Positions 1 to 13,270 of a DNA stretch of 64,000 nucleotides are shown in pieces. This stretch comes from Squalus acanthias (Eukaryota), in NCBI GenBank assembly GCA_030390025.1, contig CM059432.1, positions 140,246,001-140,310,000 of the forward strand, written 5' to 3'. The notes beneath the pieces are model-generated. The model was given only the letters and a program-made list of their open reading frames with translations. It did not search any database and was not told where the DNA came from. Numbering within the stretch: the first letter of the stretch is position 1; each line of letters starts with the position of its first letter. Made by a program: the position numbers and the translations under genes.

Positions 1-98
1 CCACTCCCTCATAGTCTCCCTCTAAAGATGTTACCCATCCATTCCTTACACTCATTCCATCACACTCACTCAAACTTCTCCTCTTTCCCTCCTTGCAG

Positions 99-949
99 GA
101 GAAGAGAGCGCACAATAAGAGGGAGAGGGAGAGACCCTCTGAGGGAGCACCATCACCAGACATAAGCGCACCCAGCACCAGCGCAGATACGCACACCTCG
201 GTGGGTCCCACACGAGATAGTGTTGTCACCAGGTCTGTCACAAGTGAGCAAGAGCAGATGGTGGAGACAGGGACAGCAGTGGAGACTCCTCGCCAGAGGG
301 CACAGGGTGCTCCCAGCTCTGCTCAGCTGCATGCAGACGCTGAGCCTCGGGGGCCATCCAGAAAGAGGGCGATCCTGGAGGGGCAGCAAGAAGTGCAGGA
401 GGCTATGACAGGTTTTGGACCATAATGTCTACAAATGTGCAGAGAATGGAGGGATCCGTTTCCAACATGAGCACCATGTCGCAGGTGATGGCGACTGTAG
501 GCTCTTCCATGGAAAGGATGGCCACCTGCATAAAGCAGCTAATGCGTCACTCACAGGAGCACATGGTATCTATGCAGAATAGATGGCAGAGGCTCATAGA
601 CCTCCTCTCTAGGAGGGATGTAAACATAGACTAGGGTCCTCATGGCCCTAGGTGCAGCAAGGTGCTCTCCAGCTCCTTGCTAGCAGGGAAGTGCGGGTGG
701 CCCATGAGAGGGATGACGGTGAGAGGGGAGAGGGAAGTAGGGGCTCATCTCAAAGCCCTTACACTTCTCCCCCGTTGCATCCCACTCAGTCAAAACCCCA
801 CATGCCCCCTGGGATCACGATGGCCGAGTCTGCTAAAAGTGTCTACAGAATCGCAGCATGGAAGTGAGCAGGCTGCCTCGGCATCTGCTGAAGTCAGAGG
901 GGTAGCACCTCGTAGAAGCATGCATAAGAGAAAGATGAAACACAAGTAG
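99..949 (+). pseudogene. Harbinger Myb/SANT accessory gene, 3' exons, deleted and frameshifted
   Basis: ttgcag|GAGAAGAGAGCG acceptor; EKRAHNKRER and C-terminal RRSMHKRKMKHK match the gene at 18062-19754; exon 2 is fused to the interior of exon 3. Confidence 0.7.
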
Positions 950-1236
950 GTGCATAAGGGTAAGCACTTGGATGTTTTAATAACTGTTTTTGTGAAGATT
1001 CCGTTAATCTGATGTCACAGATAAAAATGATTATTTTCACCACTTTTCATGGCCAATTCTGTCTGCAACTTTGGAAGTGGCTTAGTCAGGAATGATGAGA
1101 CATAACATTACCTCCAGCAATGGCGGTCAGTGTGAAAGGAATGGCTTGGTCATTGTAGGGATGCTTTATGGTGTTGTTTTGGGGTGTTGGGAGCCTGGCA
1201 CAGCATATGGCAGCCATATGGGTGTAATGCCTGAAG

Positions 1237-2460
1237 TTAAGTAATTCTGGCCACGATGAGGCCATCCCTGGTCTCCCAGGCAGCAATGTGCTCAGGTGCT
1301 GGTGGGATCTGGACCGCAGGTTCCTCCTCCTCCTCCTCCTCGTCATCCAACTGATGTTCCTCCTCCTCCTCCCAAGAGGCTGTGTGCTCAGAGCCTTGCT
1401 CCTCATTTAGCGCTAATCCTCGCTGCTGCGCTGTGTTGTGCAGGGTGCAGCAGACCACGACGACCCTGGCTGGTGCGTACTGAAGGGCTCCTCCTGATCT
1501 GTCAAGTCATCTGAAGCGCATTTTCAACATGCCTATTGTCTGCTCTATGACACATCTGGTGGACATGTGTATGTCATTATATCTCTCCTCGGCCTCAGTA
1601 CTTGGCCTCCTCAAGGGTGTCATGAGCCACATCTTCAGTGGATAGCCCTTGTCTCCAAGCAACCTGCCAGAAAGTCTGTTTGGAGGAACAAAGAGCTGAG
1701 GGAGTGTGGACTGGCGCAGGACGGAAGAGTCATGACAGCTGCCAGGGAATCCGGCGCACACATGCATGATGATCTTCCTATGGTTGGAGACGAGCTGCAC
1801 ATTGAGGGAATGGAAGCCCTTGCAGTTGACAAAGACTCCTAGGTGATGTGGGGGTGCCCTGATGGCCACATGTGTGCAGTCGATGACGCCCTGCACCCAT
1901 GGGAAGCCAGCCAGAGCGGTAAAGCCAAGTGCCTGCTCAGTAATACTGGCTTCATCAGTGGCAAAGTTCACATAATTGGCTGACTTGTCAAACAGGGCAT
2001 TGGTGACCTGTGTGATGCATCTGTGGGCGGCCGACTGCGAGATGCCACAAATGTCTGCTGCAGATCCCTGGAAGGAGCCTGAGGCGAATTTGAGGGCGCT
2101 GGTGACTTTGACAGCACTGGCAAGGTGTGTCCACCAGGTCCTCTGGGCTGCAGGTCTTGCTCCAGCAATCTGCAAATGTCTGTGATGACCTGGCGCGATA
2201 GCCTGAGCCTCCTTTGGCACTGCTGCTCAGTCATGTTGAGGAAGCTCATCCTCTGCCTGTATACCCTGTGTTGGGGGGTATCGCCTCCGATGCGGCGCAG
2301 CCCTGCGCTGATGCCCTCTGTCCTGGGCAGCATCAGGTGGTTGAGGAGAATGTTGATGGTATTGTTGTTGGTGCTGCTGGTGTGCCTGATGCTGCTGGTG
2401 TCGGGGCTCATTGAGGTCTGATTCTGAGGACCAAAGTGAGACAGTATAAATGGCACCCAT
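1237..2460 (-). pseudogene. Harbinger (HARBI1-like) DDE transposase, frameshifted
   Basis: Motifs [54 protein letters not shown] and CCTLHN are spread over several frames. Confidence 0.9.
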
Positions 2461-3010
2461 GTTTATGCAATAGATGGCAGGTCAAATAGAGATGACAGAA
2501 GCAATCTGTCAATGGTGTGATAGGTTCCACCAATGAGGTGACAGTGGATCCCAACTTTGCTGAAAAGACTTGCAACCTCTAGAAAGCTAAACCTGTGCTG
2601 ACAATGCAGTGAGCAACAGCACCTGCCTTAGGAAAGTGACCAGGTGTCAGGTGGGAGTATTTATTGTGCTTTCCATGCTGTGCATTAACCAGCTGGATCA
2701 ATGGCCACTGAACTTTCACCTCAGGTTCACAGACGTGGTTCCCGAGCTGCGTGATTCCTGTGGTCATCCAGTGAAATTGGAAAGGTAGGGTTAAAAAGAC
2801 GCTTAAGGGTCTGACAAGTACCCAATAATCATCTGGATTAGCTCGGCCGCCTCTTCCGTTTGGGTCGCTGCTGCGCTGGCAAACGAGCCCGAGGGAAAGG
2901 CTCGCGGGGGCAGGATGACGGCGGGTTCCCAACCCGCTCCAAGTTATTTCAACTTTCACTCCCGACCCGCCTCCAATCCCCGCCCGCACGGACACCAGAA
3001 AATTCTGGCC

Positions 3011-3220
3011 ATTATTTTACGCAGCGAGTTGTTGTGATCTGGAATGTGCTGCCTGAAAGGGCGGTGGAAGCAGATTCAAATTTAACATTCAAAAATGAAA
3101 AAAATTGCTGGGTTATGGGGAAAGAATGGGGGAGTGGGGCTAATTGGATCGCTCTTTCAAAGAGCCGGCACAGGCACGATGGGCCAAATGGCCTCCTTCT
3201 GTGCTGTATCGTTCTATGAA
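3011..3220 (+). mobile_element. CR1 LINE 3' fragment
   Basis: FTQRVV..WN.LP end of RT and a GGCCTCCTTCTGTGCTGT...TTCTATG tail. Confidence 0.8.
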
Positions 3221-4559
3221 GTCAGTAGAGTACTGTTTTTAATCCCTCTGACTCCTTCTTGCTCTCACCTTTTCCACAGATTTCACTCCCCTTCCTTCCC
3301 TCCCTCAAATTATAGCCGGGCCCTGATTTAAGGGGAGGTCATTGTTTTGGCTTACATCTTCCATGCCCTAGAGGGGCTGGGGCTGCCTGGGGTTGCCTTT
3401 CAGTGTCCAGCGGTGGCTGTCAAGGCTCCTTGGCCTCCTCATTTCCTCTCCTGCTCTTTAACAGATGCGCACAGCCTCATAGTTTGACACTGGCACATTG
3501 CCTCTGCTTCATTTTCTTCTCCCATTTCCAGTGCTACCGATACAATGCATAGGTATTCAACACTTGCTTTCGCAAACGGAAATAGCTCAGCTATCAAGCT
3601 ATGTTGCCAGGGCTTCTTATCAAATTGGTCACTTGTCTTCACACACTTTTCTGCGTTCAGTTCGATATGCAGAGGGTCTGATTTCAAAATCTGGCACACG
3701 ATCTATTTTAAAAGAAAAATGATTCTGGACGGAATTGCAAAAGGAATTGATTCTTTCAAAAGACAAAACCAACTGGGACAGCAGCGCAAGTAAAGCCAAG
3801 CCCAAAGTGAATGCAAGATTGGCTGAAAGGAAAGATAATCAGAAAGGGTAAAACATTAACTTGAAAATATCATGTTTTTCTGGTACCATGGCAACAGGAA
3901 GCTCGCTGCAACAGCTGTGCTAGTCGAATAATTAAAGTTTCCCCAAATCACCGAGCCAAATATTTATACTTTGTACAAATATTAAGAACACAGCTGATGC
4001 CTTCCTTCTCCTAACTGGAGTGTATTTGGGTTACAGTGGAATGAAAAATGCATGGAGAACCATTACATATTAATACAGAGCAGCTCTCATCAACATTTAA
4101 GTTCTAAAATGACGCAAACATGACATACAGAGAGACTCACCTCGATGTTTAACATGAGCACCACAGGCATTTGGAAGGGTTAATTATTCAAGCGAGTTTA
4201 AACTTTCCCATCTCGTCTCTCTCACAGGGCAAGTCTCAAAGTCTTGCTGAGATCCAATATTTGGAACAATATCCATGCTGCTCACTTGCCATCAGCGAGG
4301 CACCAAGTCTCTCTGGGCTTCTGCAATGAGGCAAAAAAATAAAAGCCGAGAGTTCCACAGGAGACAGAAAGTCTGTGAAGCATATTCAAATTGGATCAAA
4401 CTTGGTTTCTGAATTGACCCATCTGATTTATCTTGCTCTTTCACCGAGAGACCTCCGTACCCCATGCTTCATGCGATCATTATTGCTAACATCAGCGAAA
4501 ATATCACACCACCAGATGTATAAGAATAAAAGCAATAACTTCCTTTTGCTGTTTATAAA

Positions 4560-6840
4560 TATTTTGCTAGCATTCTCGAGTGTGTCCGGGATAGTTTTCT
4601 GCAACAATAAGTCTTAGAACCAACAAGGGGGCAGGCCAGGTTCGATTTAATAATGACTATTGAGCCAGATTTAGTTAACCCGGTGGGGAGAAACGCAAAA
4701 ACGGCTACTAAGATTCTAGATTTGGGTAAGGCCGACTTCAACGGTTTGAGACAGAGACTGTCCACAGTAAACCGGGCCAATCTGTTAATGGGTAAAACGA
4801 CAGAAGATCGGTGGCAGGTGTTCAAAAAAAGAATTGAACGTGACACGGAACCAGTTTATACCCCTGAGGGGCAAGAGCTCTACTTGCCAAAAAAAACCCA
4901 GCCATGGACGACAAAAGAGGTAAGGGACAACACAAAACTAAAAGAAAAAGCAGGCAAAAATGCAAAAAAATGGCACAGATCCTGGTGACTGGGAGAGATA
5001 CAAAGAACAGCAAAAAGTGACAGAACAGATCGTCAGAGCTATAAAAAGAAACTCGCAAGGGATATCAAAATCAGCACAATTTGTTTTACAATTGTATTAG
5101 GAAAAGGAGGGTGGTCTGGAGCGATTTGGGCCCCTTGAAAACTGATGACAGTGATATTGTAAATGAAAATAAGGAAATGTTGAATAATTACTTTGGCCGG
5201 AGTTTCCCCCTAAATAAAAGGGTAGGTTTGGAGCGTGGGGGCAGTTAAATTGTTAAAAATGGGATTCTTGACCTGATCCCGCCTCCAACCTGCCCACTTC
5301 CGGGTTTAACGGAGGCGGGACGGGGGGCGGGCGACCAACCCGCTCCCAGGGGGCGGAACGTCAATTTAAATATTATAATGAGGCTGGAAGCCACATTTTT
5401 AATCTCCATTTTGAATTTAACTGCGTGTGGACGGGTTTCACATAATTCATGAAATCCAGCAGTTAAACTGAGGCAGGGACTGCTGGATCCAGGAGGTAAG
5501 TGGCTTTATACCTACCTCCTTGATCCGGGGTCCCTAACTAACCCACCCCCCGCGATCGGAGACCCCACCATGAGGCCTCCGATCACCTCCCCAGGCCCCT
5601 TACACTCCACCAATGATGCTGAGGATGGTCCCGATCCTCTCTCCCTCCCCTGCCCCCTGCCGATCCCCATCCCCGATCCTCCCCTCCCGCAAGCCCCGAT
5701 CCTCCCCTCCCGCAATCCCTGATCCTCCCTTGCCGATCCCGACCCCCACCCCCGTCAATCCCTGAGCCAGCCAATCCCCGAGGCCCCCCCTGCCTATCCC
5801 TGAGCCAGTTGATCCCCAACTCCCCCCCGCGCCGATCCCTGAGCCAGCGAACCCCAACCGCACCCCCCGCGCGATCCCCAACAGAGCCAGCTGATCCCAG
5901 ACCGCCCCCCGCCCCCCGCGATCCCTCCCCCGGACCGACCCCTCGCTCCCTCTCCGCATCTGCAGGCCTACCTGCCCGCAGCCAGCTAGCCTCTGAATCT
6001 GGCTGGCTAGCGGCCGGGAATCTGAGGCCTCACATGCAAATCACGCCCTGCCGTTAAAGTCGGCAGGGCCTGCGGGAAACCTGGCCTCCAGGGTTTCACA
6101 CCCACCTCGGAGGCCCTCCACTCCCAACCTGCCTACCTGGAGAAAAATTCCGGCCTTTGTGTCAGTATTTACTGTAGAGGAAGAGGATAGCATGCCGGAC
6201 ATTCCAAGGAAACTAATATTGAATCAGCAACGGGGACTCACCAAAATTAACTTAAGCAAAATAACAGTAATGAAAAAAATAATGGCACTAAAGAGTGACA
6301 AATTCCCAGGACCAGATGGTTTCCATCCCAGGGTTTTAAAGGAAGTAGGTAAGAATATTGCAGATGTCCTAACTATAATCTTCCAAAGTTCTCTTGATTC
6401 AGGAACCGTTCCTTTAGATTGGGAAATTGCACATGTCACTCCGCTATTAAATAATGGTGAAATAGGGAAACCAGGGAATTATAGACCAGTTAGCCTAACA
6501 TCTGTTGTCGGGAAATTACTAGAGTCTATAATTAAGGATAGAGTGACTGAACACCTTGAAAATTTTCAGCTGATCAGGAAGAGCCAGCATGGATTTGTAA
6601 AAAGCAGGTCCTGCCTGACAAGCCCGATTGAATTTTTGGAGAGGTTACTAAAGTAGTGGACAGGGGAATGTCTATGGATGTTATTTATATGGATTTCCAG
6701 AAGGCATTTGATAAAGTCCCTCATAAGAGACTGTTAGCTAAAGTTGAAGCTCATGGAATTGAAGGCAAATTATTGACCTGGTTAGGAAATTGGCTGAACG
6801 GCAGGAGACAGGCAGGAGGGATAATGGGCAGGTACTTTAA
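4560..6840 (+). mobile_element. CR1 LINE ORF2 fragment (linker plus RT N-terminus), split by a MITE
   Basis: ORFs with DKFPGPDGFHPRVLKE, GNYRPVSLTSVVGKLLE and YMDFQKAFDKVPH. Confidence 0.85.
5195..6155. mobile_element. Harbinger-type MITE
   Basis: TIRs GGCCGGAGTTT / AAATTCCGGCC, 3-bp TSD TTT, interrupts the CR1 RT at LNNYF|VSVFT; C-rich CGATCCCC low-complexity core. Confidence 0.85.
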
Positions 6841-7335
6841 GAACATATAAGAACATAAGAAATAGGAGCAGGAGCAGGCCATTCGGCCCCTCAAACCTGC
6901 TCCGCCATTTAATGAGATCATGGCTGATCTGATTTTGGCCTCAACTCCACTTTCCCGCCCGCTCCCCATAACCCTTGACTCCCCTGTTGCTCAGAAATCT
7001 GTCTTTCTCAACCTTGAATATATTCAATGACTCAGCTTCCACAGCTCTCTGGGCTAAAGAATTCCAAAGATTCACGACCCTCTGAGAGAAGAAATTCTTC
7101 CTCATCTCCGTCTTAAATGGGCGACCCCTTATTCTGAGACTATGACCCCTAGTTCTAGATTCCCCCACAAGGGGAAATATCCTCTCAGCATCTACCCTGT
7201 CCAACCCCCTCAGAATCTTATATGTTTCAATACGATCACCTCTCATTCTTCTAAACTCCAATGAGTATAGGCCCAACCTGCTCAATCTTTCCTCATAAGA
7301 CAACCCTTCCATCCCAGGAATCAACCTAGTGAACT
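6841..7335 (-). mobile_element. CR1 LINE 3' fragment
   Basis: [23 protein letters not shown]...WNSL ORF and a (TTCTTATG)n tail. Confidence 0.9.
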
Positions 7336-7336
7336 C

Positions 7337-8499
7337 TGCCTTCCCTATCCTTACTCACACCAACTTACCTTGGACCTCCATCCATCCCTCTCTAGCTATA
7401 TTATCACACCCCTCACACTCACCCACACCCTAGTGCAATCATACTAACTAACAACACACAAGGGTAGGCACTTCTGTGTTTTATGGAATGTTCATGTGAA
7501 GTTTCTGTTAATGTGCTGTCAAACATGAAACCTTTATTTTCAACACTTTGCGTTCTTGGACAGATTTGTGTGCACCTTTGGAAGTGGCTTAGTGAGTTGC
7601 AGTAAATGGTGAGACATAACGTTACCCCCAACAATGGTGATGAGTGTGAAAGGAATGGCTTGGGCATTGTAGTGATGCTTTATGGTGCTGGTGTGGGGTG
7701 GTGCCAACCTTGCAAATTATGTGGCAGCCAGGGTGTACAGCGTCAAGTGAAGTAAATGTGGCCATGGTGAGGCCATCCCTGGCCTCCCAGGCAGCAATGT
7801 TGTTGGGTGCTGATGCCCTCTGTCCTGTGCAGCATCAGTTGATTGCGGAGAAGGTTTGTGTTTTTGTCAGTGCTGCTGGTGTGCCTGGTACTGCTGGTGT
7901 TGGGGCTGATTGTGGTGGGATTCTGAGGACCAAGGTGAGAGAGTATTAAGGGCACCCATGCTGATATAATAGATGGCAGGTGAAGTCGAGATGACAGAAG
8001 CGATCTGTCAATGGTGAGAGAGGTAATGAGGTCAGACTGGATGGATACTTGTGTAAAGACTTGCAGCATGGTGAATCTGTTGTGGAAATGCAGTGAGGAA
8101 GAGTTTGTGGCTGAGGGAAGATATCTCTGTAAGGTGGGAGCTTTTACTTTACATTTGAAGCTGTCAACTCAACAGCTGATTCAATGGCCACTGAACTCCC
8201 ACCTCAGCTTGACAAACGTGGTCCACGACCAGTGTGGACCGACCCCGTGGGCGAGCTGTCAAATGCAAAAGGTGAGCTGAAAATCATTGTAAAAGTGGCT
8301 CTAAATAAGCCACTAATCACCTGAATTGGGTCACCTGCCTCTGCCTGTCGGGTCTGCTCAGCGCTGACAGACCCAACATCGGGAAAGGGGCGCGTGGCGG
8401 CGGGTTGACAGCGGGTTCCCACCCCACTGTCAAAAATATCAAATTTCCCACCCGACCCGCCACCAATCCCACCCGCTGACCCCCCGGAAAATTCCGGCC
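7337..8499. mobile_element. Internally deleted Harbinger copy (right end)
   Basis: Segments match about 1060-1290 and 2300-2730; TIR AAAATTCCGGCC ends at 8499. Confidence 0.75.
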
Positions 8500-8830
8500 A
8501 GAGGTTTTAAGGAGCGTTTGAAAGCAGGAGAGAGGCGGAGATGTTTAGGGAGGGAAATCCAGAGTTTTGGAGCTCAGGCAGCTGAAGGCACGGCCGCCAA
8601 TGGTGGGGCGAAGGAAATGGGGGATGCACAAGAGACAAGAATTGGAGGAGCGCTGAGATGTCGGAGTGTTGTAAGGCTGGAGGAGGTTGCTGATATAAGG
8701 AGGGGTGGAGGCGGGAGGAGGCCTTGGAAGGATTTGAATACAAGGAGGAGAATTTAAAATTTGAGGTGTTGCTGGACCGGGAGCCAATGTAGGTCAGCGA
8801 GCACAGGGGGCGATGGGTGAACGGGACTTG
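8500..8830 (-). mobile_element. L2-like LINE 3' fragment
   Basis: Translation RSSNSCLLCIP..RPTIGGRAFS resembles the C-terminus of L2 ORF2. Confidence 0.6.
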
Positions 8831-9287
8831 GCAGCGTCAGTTAGATAAACTCCTTGAGGATCTCCAAAACACTGATGCCTGGAGATGTCTCCATTTATAC
8901 TTCGCAGCTTGAGCAATTATAATTTGGGCTCATTTCTGTCATGTGTTTCTGATGTAAGCTCATCATTAAAAAAAAATTAGCACCGCATTTCAAGCTAACA
9001 CAGTTCACTCATTCATAAATTCAAAGAAAACTCCCCAGTGAAGTAAAGTTTACTGTAAAGCGTAAGTGGAAGGTTTCACCACAAACCAGCTATCATTAGT
9101 CACTCACCACGCCTGGCTTGTGTCCATCTGTACATCCATACTTTAGCCCCATGCTCTTCACAAGCGCTAAAAGTTTAATATCATCGATGCTGCATTGTCC
9201 TTCAAATAGAGACGCTATATATTATTTTAAAGATTGTAATCAATGAATCTTATGAAAGATTGTTTTTATCAGGTAATGGGACACACA

Positions 9288-10133
9288 GGGCTGGATTTTC
9301 CAAGCCCCGAGGAGGCGGGCATGGAGGCGGGACTGCTGGTAAACTTGGAGAAAGTGGGGGCGGATGGCAAACCCGCCCCCATCCCGCCTCCGTGCCCTTT
9401 TGCCAGGAGGCAGGAAGATGTGTTGCTTCGGGTCCCGTCTCCTGGAGGCGGGAAAGGCTTTTAATCCTTTTAACTGCCTGTTAACAGGTAGTTAACAGGC
9501 AGAAAAAAGGATTAGTGCCATTTTACCTTCACAGGTGAAGGCTTCCCGACCTCGGAGAACCCCGCCCGGTTGGAGGAGACGTGGAGGAGGTCTGCGGCGG
9601 TCGGAGGCACCTGGAAGTAAGGTGTAGAGGTGAGTGATGGGTGCAAGTGTGGAGTGGTAAGTATGCAAGGTGAGTGATTAGTTTAAAAAAGTGTTCACTT
9701 ACCTTGTTTTCTTCCTACAGCCTTTAGCCGCAGTGGATCGGGAGAGCCGACATCCTGCTTGTCAATTTCACAGAATGGCTGTTGGAACCTCTGTTCCAAC
9801 AGCCATGTGAAATTTACAAATTTGAAAGGTTTGATGAGTCCTGAACACAAGTACTCATCAAACTAAAGAGAATGTCAGTGTTTGACAGCTTCACAGAGCT
9901 GTCAAACGCTGACATTTCTTCTTTCAAGAAGTCTTGACAGATAGCATGTCTGACATTGACGTGATCTGTCAGTGACTTCCTCCCTAATTGGCCTGCTGAG
10001 CCCGCAGGGCGGGCTTAACAAACACAATCAGGGGAAAATCCCTTTGGTTGGTCAGGTGAGGATGGAGGCGGGACATTGACACGACAAGCAGCTGTCCCGC
10101 CTCCAACTCGCCTCCATTCACAAAATCCAGCCC
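9288..10133. mobile_element. Harbinger-type MITE with an internal hairpin cluster
   Basis: TIRs GGGCTGGATTTT / AAAATCCAGCCC, TSD ACA. Confidence 0.9.
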
Positions 10134-10189
10134 ACAGTGTATTTGAGATTGCTGGTGAGGTTGCCCAAAATTAGGATGTTCCCTCAGAT

Positions 10190-10600
10190 CTCCTCAGAGC
10201 AGAGAAGGCGAAGAGGAGATTTGATAGAGGTGTTTAAAATCATGAAGGGTTTAGATAGAGTAAATAAAGAGAAACTGTTTCCAATGGCTGAAGGGTGGAT
10301 AACCAGAGGGCACAGATTTGAGGTGATTGGCAAAAGAACCAGAGGCGACATGAGGAAAGACCTTTATACGCAACGAGTGGTTAGGATTTGGAACGCACTG
10401 CCTGATAGGGTGGTGGAAACAGATTCAATAGTAGCCTTCAAAAAGGGAATTGGATAAATACTTGAAGGAGAAAAAATTGCAGGGATATGGGGAAAGAATG
10501 GGGGAGTGGGACTAACTGGATTGCTCTTCGAAATAGCCGACGCAGACTTGATGGGCTGAATGGCCTCCTTCTGTGCTATTCTATTCTATGATTCTATGAT
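10190..10600 (+). mobile_element. CR1 LINE 3' fragment
   Basis: EQRRRRGDLIEVFKIMKG...WNALP and a TTCTATG tail. Confidence 0.85.
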
Positions 10601-10846
10601 CAGTCATCAGCCGCAACCACCACCCCCGCCCTGCATAAGTCTGGAGCTAGCTGCCCCTCCCATAGGCAGCCATAATTTCTGGGCCAAAGCCTATGTTCAC
10701 ATATGATTATGTTGAAAGTCCTGACCTCGGTCCATACAGTGCTAGTAGCATTGGGTTGAAGGGAAATTGTAACCATATATATGAGAGTGTTTCAACAGGC
10801 CTTCAAATAGTTGAAGCTGATGTCAATCCATAATGATAATGATATT

Positions 10847-11835
10847 GGCCCAGAATTTGCTGAGTGGGGCATCACGCGGCATTAGTTCGACTTCTTCCCT
10901 TATTTCAAAAAAATGTTGCGCTGTAACTTGCTGGAAGTGCGAGCTGATGTTTCCCCTGGCTGGGCAGTCTAGAACCAGGGGTCACAGTCTCAGAATAAGG
11001 GGTCAGCCATTTAGGACTGAGATGAGGAGAAATTTCTTCACTCAGAGGGTGGTGAACCTTTGGAATTCTCTACCCCAGAGGGCTGTGGAGGCTCAGTCGT
11101 TGAGTATATTCAAGACAGATCGATAGATTTTTGGATATTAAGGGAATCAAGGGATATGGGGATAGTGCAGGAAAGTGGAGTTGAGGTAGAAGATCAGCCA
11201 TGATCTTATTGAATGGCGGAGTAGGCACGAAGGGCCAAATGTCCTACTGCTGCTCCTATTTCTTATGTTCTTATAATGGCACGGCAAGGGCAACGGGGCA
11301 TCTGGGACTTTGGTGAATAACAGGACCAACAGTCTATCTCCTTAACCAATGAGATTTAAGGATTGTGTTAGACACAGAGGAACGACAAAGAAGGAAATAG
11401 GGTGAGATAGAGTCAAATCAAGGGCGGAAAGATAAATAAAGAGAAGGAAAGAAAGATTGGATTAAGAGAGAGAGAAACAGAGACAGAAAGGAAGAGTAAA
11501 AAACATTTTTTTAAATCTCCAAGAACAATTTACTACCTGCAGGAATGAGACTCCATGGTTTCAATTGTTCCCTTTCTGTTTAAAGAGGTTGAGTGGCATT
11601 GTAGGAACATAAATCTCATCATTAAAAGGGTCCTTACGTCGTTAAGTACCAGCCCTAACTTTCAGCGGCGATTTTAATTGGTAATTAATGCGCAAATGCA
11701 GCAATTTCCTGAAACTCAAGGGGCGGTTGTGGGCGCGATTCCATATTCATGAGGCTAATGGCGGAGCGACGCAACTCGGCCAGCAACTTGAGGCAATTCG
11801 CAACTCTCGGCGTATGTTGCCAGCAAATTCTAGCA
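10847..11835. mobile_element. Degenerate Harbinger-type MITE interrupted by a CR1 3' fragment (about 10946-11275, +)
   Basis: GGCCCAGAATTTGCTG / CAGCAAATTCTAGC imperfect TIRs; CR1 SRTRGHSLRI...WNSLP inside. Confidence 0.6.
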
Positions 11836-12399
11836 ACTTGTGTCTGTCTGTTCACAAAAGCATGCTTCTGTTTTGCCAAAAATAGGCATCCAGATCGGAT
11901 TAAATATCGTTGACTCAAGCACTCATAAATAACCAACTCCATCAAAATAGGAACTGTTGCACAAGTCATCAAACACTTGGAAAAGAGTGAGAGTACCTTT
12001 TATGTGAGTCATATAAATATGAAGTAAATATCATCTCAGCAAATGTTACCCAAAGGGTGCATCATCCCCTGCAGAGGTATATTGTTTCTTCTGTGAACAT
12101 CGTCCAACTCTGAATCTTGGACCGTGTGGGAGCTGATCGTCCTTCAAGACTTGTGAACTAGACCGCCGTTAAACACATGTCCTGCTGCACGTAGTATTTA
12201 GTTAATAAAGGGCCAAAGTGGTTGAATGTACGTTGCCACTTCAGTTAGAGCATTGAGCCAATACACAGACAGAGGTCCTTGATGTATTGACTCAATCCTA
12301 TTATTACACAAGGGCAAGGACTTCTGGCTTTGCACTTAAGACAATGAATAATCGGAGGCCGGCTGCTCACTCGGACACAATTTACTTTAAGATTTAAGT

Positions 12400-12677
12400 C
12401 CAAAAATGTGCGGGTTAGGTTGATTTGGCTATGATAAATTGACCCTTAGTGTTAGGGGGGGATTAAATATGTGGGGTTATGGGGATAGGATGGGATATGT
12501 TAGGGGGAATTAAATATGTGGGGTTACGGGGGTAGGGTGGGATATGTGTACTGTGGGGATTAAAGCAGGGACAGGGTACTGGATTTGAATGATCAGCCAT
12601 GATCGTATTGAATGGTGGAGCAGGCTCGACGGGCCGAATGGCCTACTCCTGCTCCTAGATTCTATGTTTCTATGTTT
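12400..12677 (+). mobile_element. HE1/V-SINE-like fragment with a CR1-derived tail
   Basis: GTGCGGGTTAGGTTGATTTGGCTATGATAAATTGACCCTTAGTG V-domain-like body, then GATCAGCCATGATC...CCTACTCCTGCTCCT and TTCTATG tail. Confidence 0.55.
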
Positions 12678-12819
12678 TAAGATCTCACTTCAACGGAATA
12701 GTATCTTATGTCAGCGATGGACACACTACATTCAATGATGAAAAGAAAAAAAAGTGAATGCAGCAAATCTGAAGTAAAAACAAGAATGTGCTGGAAATTC
12801 AACAGTAGCTGATCAACAT

Positions 12820-13270
12820 CTCTCAGGTGGATGTAAAAGATCCCATGGCGCTATTTCGAAGAGCAGGGGAGTTCTCCCCGGTGTCCTGGGCCAATATTTA
12901 TCCCTCAACCAACATCGCTAAAACAGATTATCTGGTCACTATCACTTTTTTTTAAATTCATTCATGGGATGTGGGCGTCGCTGGCAAGGCCAGCATTTAT
13001 TGCCCATCCCTAGTTGCCCTTGAGAAGGTGGTGGTGAGCCACCTTCTTGAACCGCTGCAGTTCATATGGTGAAGATACTCCCACAGTGCTGTTGGGTAGG
13101 GAGTTCCAGAATTTTGACCCAATTGCTGTTTGTGGGAGCTTGCTGTGCGCAAACTGGCTGCCACGTTTCCTACATTCCAACAGTGACTACACTTCAAAAG
13201 TACTTCATTGGCTGTAAAGCGCTTTGAGACATCCTGAGTGAAAGGTGCTATATAAATGCAAGTCTTTCTT
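12820..13270 (+). mobile_element. Deu-domain SINE 3' part, interrupted by a LINE/SINE tail (about 12945-13120, -)
   Basis: AAAGATCCCATGGC...CCGGTGTCCTGG Deu-like core; TGTAAAGCGCTTTG...TATAAATGCAAGT tail. Confidence 0.7.

Larger units (their letters stand above)
1..3010. mobile_element. PIF/Harbinger DNA transposon, degenerate, left end outside window
   Basis: Convergent Myb-gene remnant (+) and DDE transposase remnant (-); ends in terminal inverted repeat (TIR)-like AAAATTCTGGCC at about 2999-3010; co-linear with the element at 17797-21920. Confidence 0.85.

Noticed and set aside
1237..2460. Domesticated HARBI1 gene
   Set aside because: Frameshifted, TIR-flanked and multi-copy, so it is a transposon relic
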